64,000 nt of DNA from Macrostomum lignano (lineage: Eukaryota). Each line of letters starts with the position of its first letter. The stretch's first letter is position 1. The notes under the pieces were generated by a model that worked only from the letters and a program-made list of their open reading frames with translations, was not told the origin of the DNA and ran no database searches. Positions 59,216 to 64,000 of the stretch are shown piece by piece. The stretch spans positions 287,781 through 351,780 of the forward strand of contig NIVC01001149.1 of NCBI GenBank assembly GCA_002269645.1, given 5' to 3'. The position numbers and the translations under genes were made by a program.

Positions 59216-60819
59216 AAAACCCCATTGCACGCACAATATACATAATTATTACCATTCATTACATGTATTTTCAAATCTGACATATGGCCCTAGCTGTTAG
59301 TCTCTAGTATCGTCCTCCCGAGTCGTGACGTGGGATTTTGGAATTTTAATTCCGTTCGAATTTTCAGTCTACGCGTTACGCTGCATGTCAGCCCCGAATG
59401 CGGTGCAATGTTTGTAAAACCCATTTTCTATAGTGGCATTGCAAAATTATAAGACGATGTTCGAAAAATCGGCCGACGTCGGATTGCTTTATACTGTAAT
59501 TAGCGGGTTTTGATTGCTACACTAAATCGTCCACTCTCGATCGCTTGTCATGCTGCGCCTGCTGCATGCGATTTGAAAGCCTGACTGCGCCTGGATCGAC
59601 GTGTGCTCAAGGACGACTAATTAAGTAACTCTTAGTCGTGTGCTCTCCACTTCAGTGCAAGGACTACTAGACAACTATAGACTATCTCTGGCTGCAGCAG
59701 CTTCTTTCGCGGCAGCTAGCACACAGTCTCGGGCGATATTCGACTTAATTTGAGTGTCCTTGTCGAGTTCCTGACGAAAGTGTTCTTAGCTTATAGTGTA
59801 ATTTCCCCCCCCCCCCCGGTGCGTCTAACACAACGTACCTTACTCAGAGAGAAACAACTGCATCATACAGTATAATGAATACAATTTAAACGGGTTCGTT
59901 TCAAACATGCCTGCAGGTCAGATCGACCTGAGATACACTGTATGTTGAAGCTGCTGCAGCCTTCGCTCGCAAAAGGCGTAGAGTGTATGATAAGCTATCA
60001 GCTCCAAACCAGCTGTTACTATAAAACGTGTGATTGAAATTATTTAAACTAAGGACGGTACAACAGCAGCATATGGCACGAAAGGCTTTCCATCACCAAA
60101 ACTACTGCAAAGCAAATTTTAGCTAAAAATCTGGCATGATTTCACTTGAGATCAAGTTAAGGTTATAAAATAGAATTTTTATACTGCTTTTTGTTAGTGG
60201 CTCTGGTTGCGGATTGAATCGCATGGTGTGTGAAAACAGGCTCTCTTTATTATCGAACTGGTGGTACATCATCACGACAATCGTTGATTATTCTAAGAAC
60301 AAAAATTAAAAAATAATCCTCGGCCAATGTCAATTTTAATTTTGATCAAGTCAAGTTAAGACAGTGCTAGCTCTGTTATTGATCAGTTCTCGCTTTTTGG
60401 CAAATGTTATTCGCGATTCCTAAATGTCAATGTAGAAATTTTTTTCTTAGCTATCACACATTGGCTTTAGAGCGTAGCCTAACATTAACAACAGGAAGTC
60501 AATCGATTTAAGAATCAAGAGCCACACGATCACTAAGTTTAAACTTTATGCACGCTTAGTCTAGGGCCTAGGCAGTTAAATTGTTTTGTCTGTACATTTG
60601 AATCTCATCATCTATCACAAGCTGACCAGGATAAAGAAAGCTTGCTAGTCTAGCCAGTCCTATAATATAAAAATGCCTCGTAAGTAATTTTTGTGATTAG
60701 GATACTATAATAGTAACTTGGCTTTCAAACTTGTACCTCAAATAAGACCTTGGAATCTTGGATGCAATTTTGCATCATTGCACCAGTGAAAAAACCTAGA
60801 CTATGTGTTTTTAGGCCTT

Positions 60820-62235
60820 TGACTTACTTGACTTAGCTGCAGGGCTGTCCTGGAGGGGACACAGCAAGAAGGCGCGGGCACCCATTCCGCTAGTCCCTGA
60901 ATGGCTGATGCGTCGCTATGGACGGAGGGTTGGCGCCGCCCAGGGAGGTCCCCCAGTGTCGCCAGCAGCTATGGTGCTCTCTGGAAAGGAGAGTTCAGCC
61001 CTGCAGGTGGCCCGAAGGTAGTGCATGAGCTGATTAAAGTTTTCGGGTTTGCACGCATCAGTAATAGATGTGTGTGGCCCGAGGTAAGTGAGTCTGGCCC
61101 GCGTGAAGGCGGGACAGATGCTGACGAAATGCTCAGCGGTTTCGTCACCTGAGTTGCAGAAACTACATGTGGCGTTGGTGGCGTTGCCCTGCAGGTACTG
61201 GTGCCTGGAGAAGCAGCCATGACCAGAGAGGGTCATGGTGGCAGCCCGGATGTCTCTGCGCGAGAGGCGCAAGAGGAGCTTCCGGAGCTGGTGAGAGGGC
61301 TGAGGGACAGCGCCTCTGGATTGCCTGCAGTTCGTGCGGTTTGCCCAAGTCGCGGTGCGGTGCTGAGTCCTGATCCACGCTTTGATGCGCGAGTCGATGA
61401 CACAGCCAGGAATCGGACAAGGGGTTCGGGACCAAGAGAGGAGCCGGAGGCCGCAACCAACTTTTGCAAGGGTATCAGCCAACTCATTTCCTCGGATCCC
61501 CACATGCCCCGGAACCCACTTAATGGTAATTTTGTTGGCGGAACCCAACACGTTGAGGAGTTTGATACAGTCGAGGACTGTAGCAGAGTTGGTGCTGCAG
61601 CCACTGATGGCGTGCAAGGCCAGCTTGGCTGTCCGAATGGAAAATGATGTTCTTACCAGTAACGCCAGTGGCAAGAAGCTCTGCAGTGCAGGAGCTGATG
61701 GCCAGAACTTCATTTTGGAAAACACTGGAGTTGACCCCAGTGTATTGAGCGTGGGTAGCGATGACCCTCCCGTTCAGAAAGATTCCAACACCAAAGCCGG
61801 TGTTGGCTGACTGCTTAGAACTGTCGGTGTAGCAATGAAGCTCACCAAGGTTCCATTGGTCATTGATGTTATCGCGCGAGTCGATAGCTACAGAGTAGCG
61901 CTGTCTCAGGTTGAGCGTTGAGGCAATGCCATCGATGAAGACGCGATTGGCCTGACACTCGTTGAGAAAGTTGAGGCACAGATCGCTATGCGGGACAAGG
62001 TTCCCGCTTAGCAGGTGCTCTCATGTAAATGAATTTGACGCCGGCATCAATTAGACGCCGCGTCGTTCTAGCCGCCTCATCCCTGATCAAGAGGTCAAGA
62101 GGCGGAAGATTAAGGAAGGCCCCCATGCCAGCAAAGGGCGTGGACCTGGTGGCGTTGCAGATGAGCCTACACGCTCTGCCTTGGATCGTGTTGAGCAGGT
62201 CTGCATGGCTTTTGACCTGGGTAAGCGCTAACCCT
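60820..62235 (-). mobile_element. 5'-truncated non-LTR retrotransposon with RNase H (R1/Loa/I group), frameshifted
   Basis: IQGRACRLICNATRSTP (RT end); CYTDSSK, SVFQNEV, HSDSQA, KWVPGHVGIRGNELAD (RNase H); C-terminal C-x2-C-x8-H-x4-C; short taagtcaa tail. Confidence 0.9.
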
Positions 62236-62585
62236 GCACCATTTAATAACACATTGAGCCAGATTCCTCTCCTAGCTTCTAAGTGTGGTGGTCTTGGACT
62301 TGGTGTGTGGCAGTCTTGGTCCTACACTAGTCAAGATGTTAAATAGTAATTTTACAATTTAATTTTAACTTTAATTTTAATTTTATAATTTTAACAATTT
62401 ATAATTATAAATTGTTAATAAATTGTTATAAATTATAATTATAATTATAAATTTATAATTATAATTATAACTATTTAACATCTTGACTAGGTAGTATAAG
62501 ACCAAGACTGCCACACACCAAGTCCAAGACCACCACACTTAGAAGCTAGGAGAGGAATCTGGCTCAATGTGTTATTAAATGGTGC
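62236..62585. repeat. Foldback inverted repeat (arms ~112/116 bp around a 122-bp almost all-AT spacer)
   Basis: 62236-62347 is the reverse complement of 62470-62585 apart from a small indel and substitutions. Confidence 0.9.
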
Positions 62586-62712
62586 GAGAGAGAAGATAAG
62601 TAGGTAGGAAAAGCCAGCAGGACAAGCCTGCGAGCGAGGAATCTATGACTAGGCCTATGAGAGGAATAGCAATGAATGAATGATAAAATATTATTAGCTC
62701 TCCCCTAATACC

Positions 62713-63010
62713 CATACATGCGCAACAGTCGGCCGAGTCGGCCGATTCGGCCGACCAATTTGGCGGCCAACCAAGGAAGTCGCAAAAATACCCACCCAAA
62801 AATTTACCCAAGTAGTAGTACTAAGTAGCTGATGAGGCATTTTGGCTTAATAAAGACAGTTATAGTTACTCCTGCCGTTTACCCAAAGTTGCGTTTATTT
62901 TGCTTTAGGGTTTTTTTGATGTGTAAGTCGCATTTTGGCCAAAAACTACGTCGCATTTTGTTAAAACTAAGTCGCATGGCCGACCGAATTTTGGAGGTTG
63001 CGCATGTATG
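62713..63010. mobile_element. hAT-type MITE, 298 bp
   Basis: Perfect 14-bp TIR CATACATGCGCAAC / GTTGCGCATGTATG; perfect 8-bp TSD CTAATACC. Confidence 0.93.
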
Positions 63011-63650
63011 CTAATACCAATAGCTAGTAATAGCTGTGGCAGTCTTGGTATGTAGCAGTCTTAGTCATGTGCCTCTTGACTATTTATCTATTATCATATA
63101 TTATATCTTGAAAGTGTATCTTAGAGTCTAGAAAGTTATATATATATGCCAGAATCTGGTATACTATTTGAATTTGAAAGTTGGGCTATTTTTGTTTACC
63201 ATTTTGAGCTTGAGAAACTTTTGGTTTAAAAGTTAATGCAGTTTTTGGTATAATAAATTCTAGTGAATAAATTCATGCTAGCCCTAGGGCCTATGTATAT
63301 AATGCTTGAAATGTTTAGTATAAAAGTATATTTGGATTTATATTTTATAAATAAATAATATTATATTTTTTATTTAATAATATTTTATAAAAAATAAAGT
63401 TAATGAAATTGATGCTTAAAATGTTTTGCATAATTCAATTTTTTAAATTACCTTTTTACAAGAAATTTTGACATATTTTAAGGACTTTGTTTTGGTATAT
63501 ATTGACATAATTTAATTAATACTCTTGTTTAATGATACTACTACATAATCTGGACCCTGTATTAGACCTTTGATGTAATCTGGCATCTTTGCACTAGCCA
63601 AAAACAATCCAAAATAAAAAATATAAGTTGAAATAAATTTAAATAAAAAT

Positions 63651-64000
63651 TAGAGGTTGGACGGGATCCTGATCCTAATCCCAAAATCTCGGAATCCAAG
63701 GAAAATTGAATTCCCGTGGACCAGAATCCCGACCCTAAAAAACTCGAGATTCGGGAACAGGTCTTTCAATTAATAATTTATAGAATTAGTGATTACTTGA
63801 AGGTTTTGCTTTAACTTGTACTCGTTACATTATTTACTTTGTTGGTTACAAAACTTCATATCAATTTTGTTGTGTTTACTTCTTGATCTTGACAATCTTT
63901 TCTCAATTTTGTTTAACTTTATATGGACAATACACTAAAAGACCTGATCCCGATTCCCGATCCCCGATCCCGATCCCAAGAAAAAAATTATTCCCAATCC
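63651..64000. mobile_element. Probable end of a hAT-like DNA transposon running out of the window
   Basis: Starts TAGAGGTTGGACGGGATCC with many ATCCCG subterminal repeats; partner TIR not in the window. Confidence 0.5.

Overview
Repeat-rich animal genomic DNA, with spliceosomal introns, GC-rich exons and many unrelated mini- and microsatellites. The style resembles a flatworm such as Macrostomum lignano, but that is inference only. Genes I can support: (1) a ~23 kb minus-strand DEG/ENaC (ASIC/degenerin-like) channel gene (~166-23110, 5' exon unresolved) with a ~300-aa extracellular insertion, a 12-nt micro-exon and no recognisable G-x-S filter; (2) a two-exon rhodopsin-class GPCR with a probable GC-AG intron (31503-33170, -); (3) three tandem two-exon genes encoding secreted WSC + PAN/Apple-like proteins (38861-49249, +), each preceded by an RFX X-box-like motif, with copy 2 interrupted by a decayed full-length Ty3/Gypsy element; (4) a two-exon glycine-zipper protein gene (53253-54089, +). 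Mobile DNA: the Gypsy element, tRNA-derived CORE-SINEs, RTE and RNase H-bearing LINE remnants, two 298-bp hAT MITEs with 8-bp TSDs, a foldback inverted repeat and a hAT-like end. About 20 tandem arrays account for most long ORFs in the ORF track. No CRISPR array, rRNA or functional tRNA was found. All coordinates and counts were made by eye.
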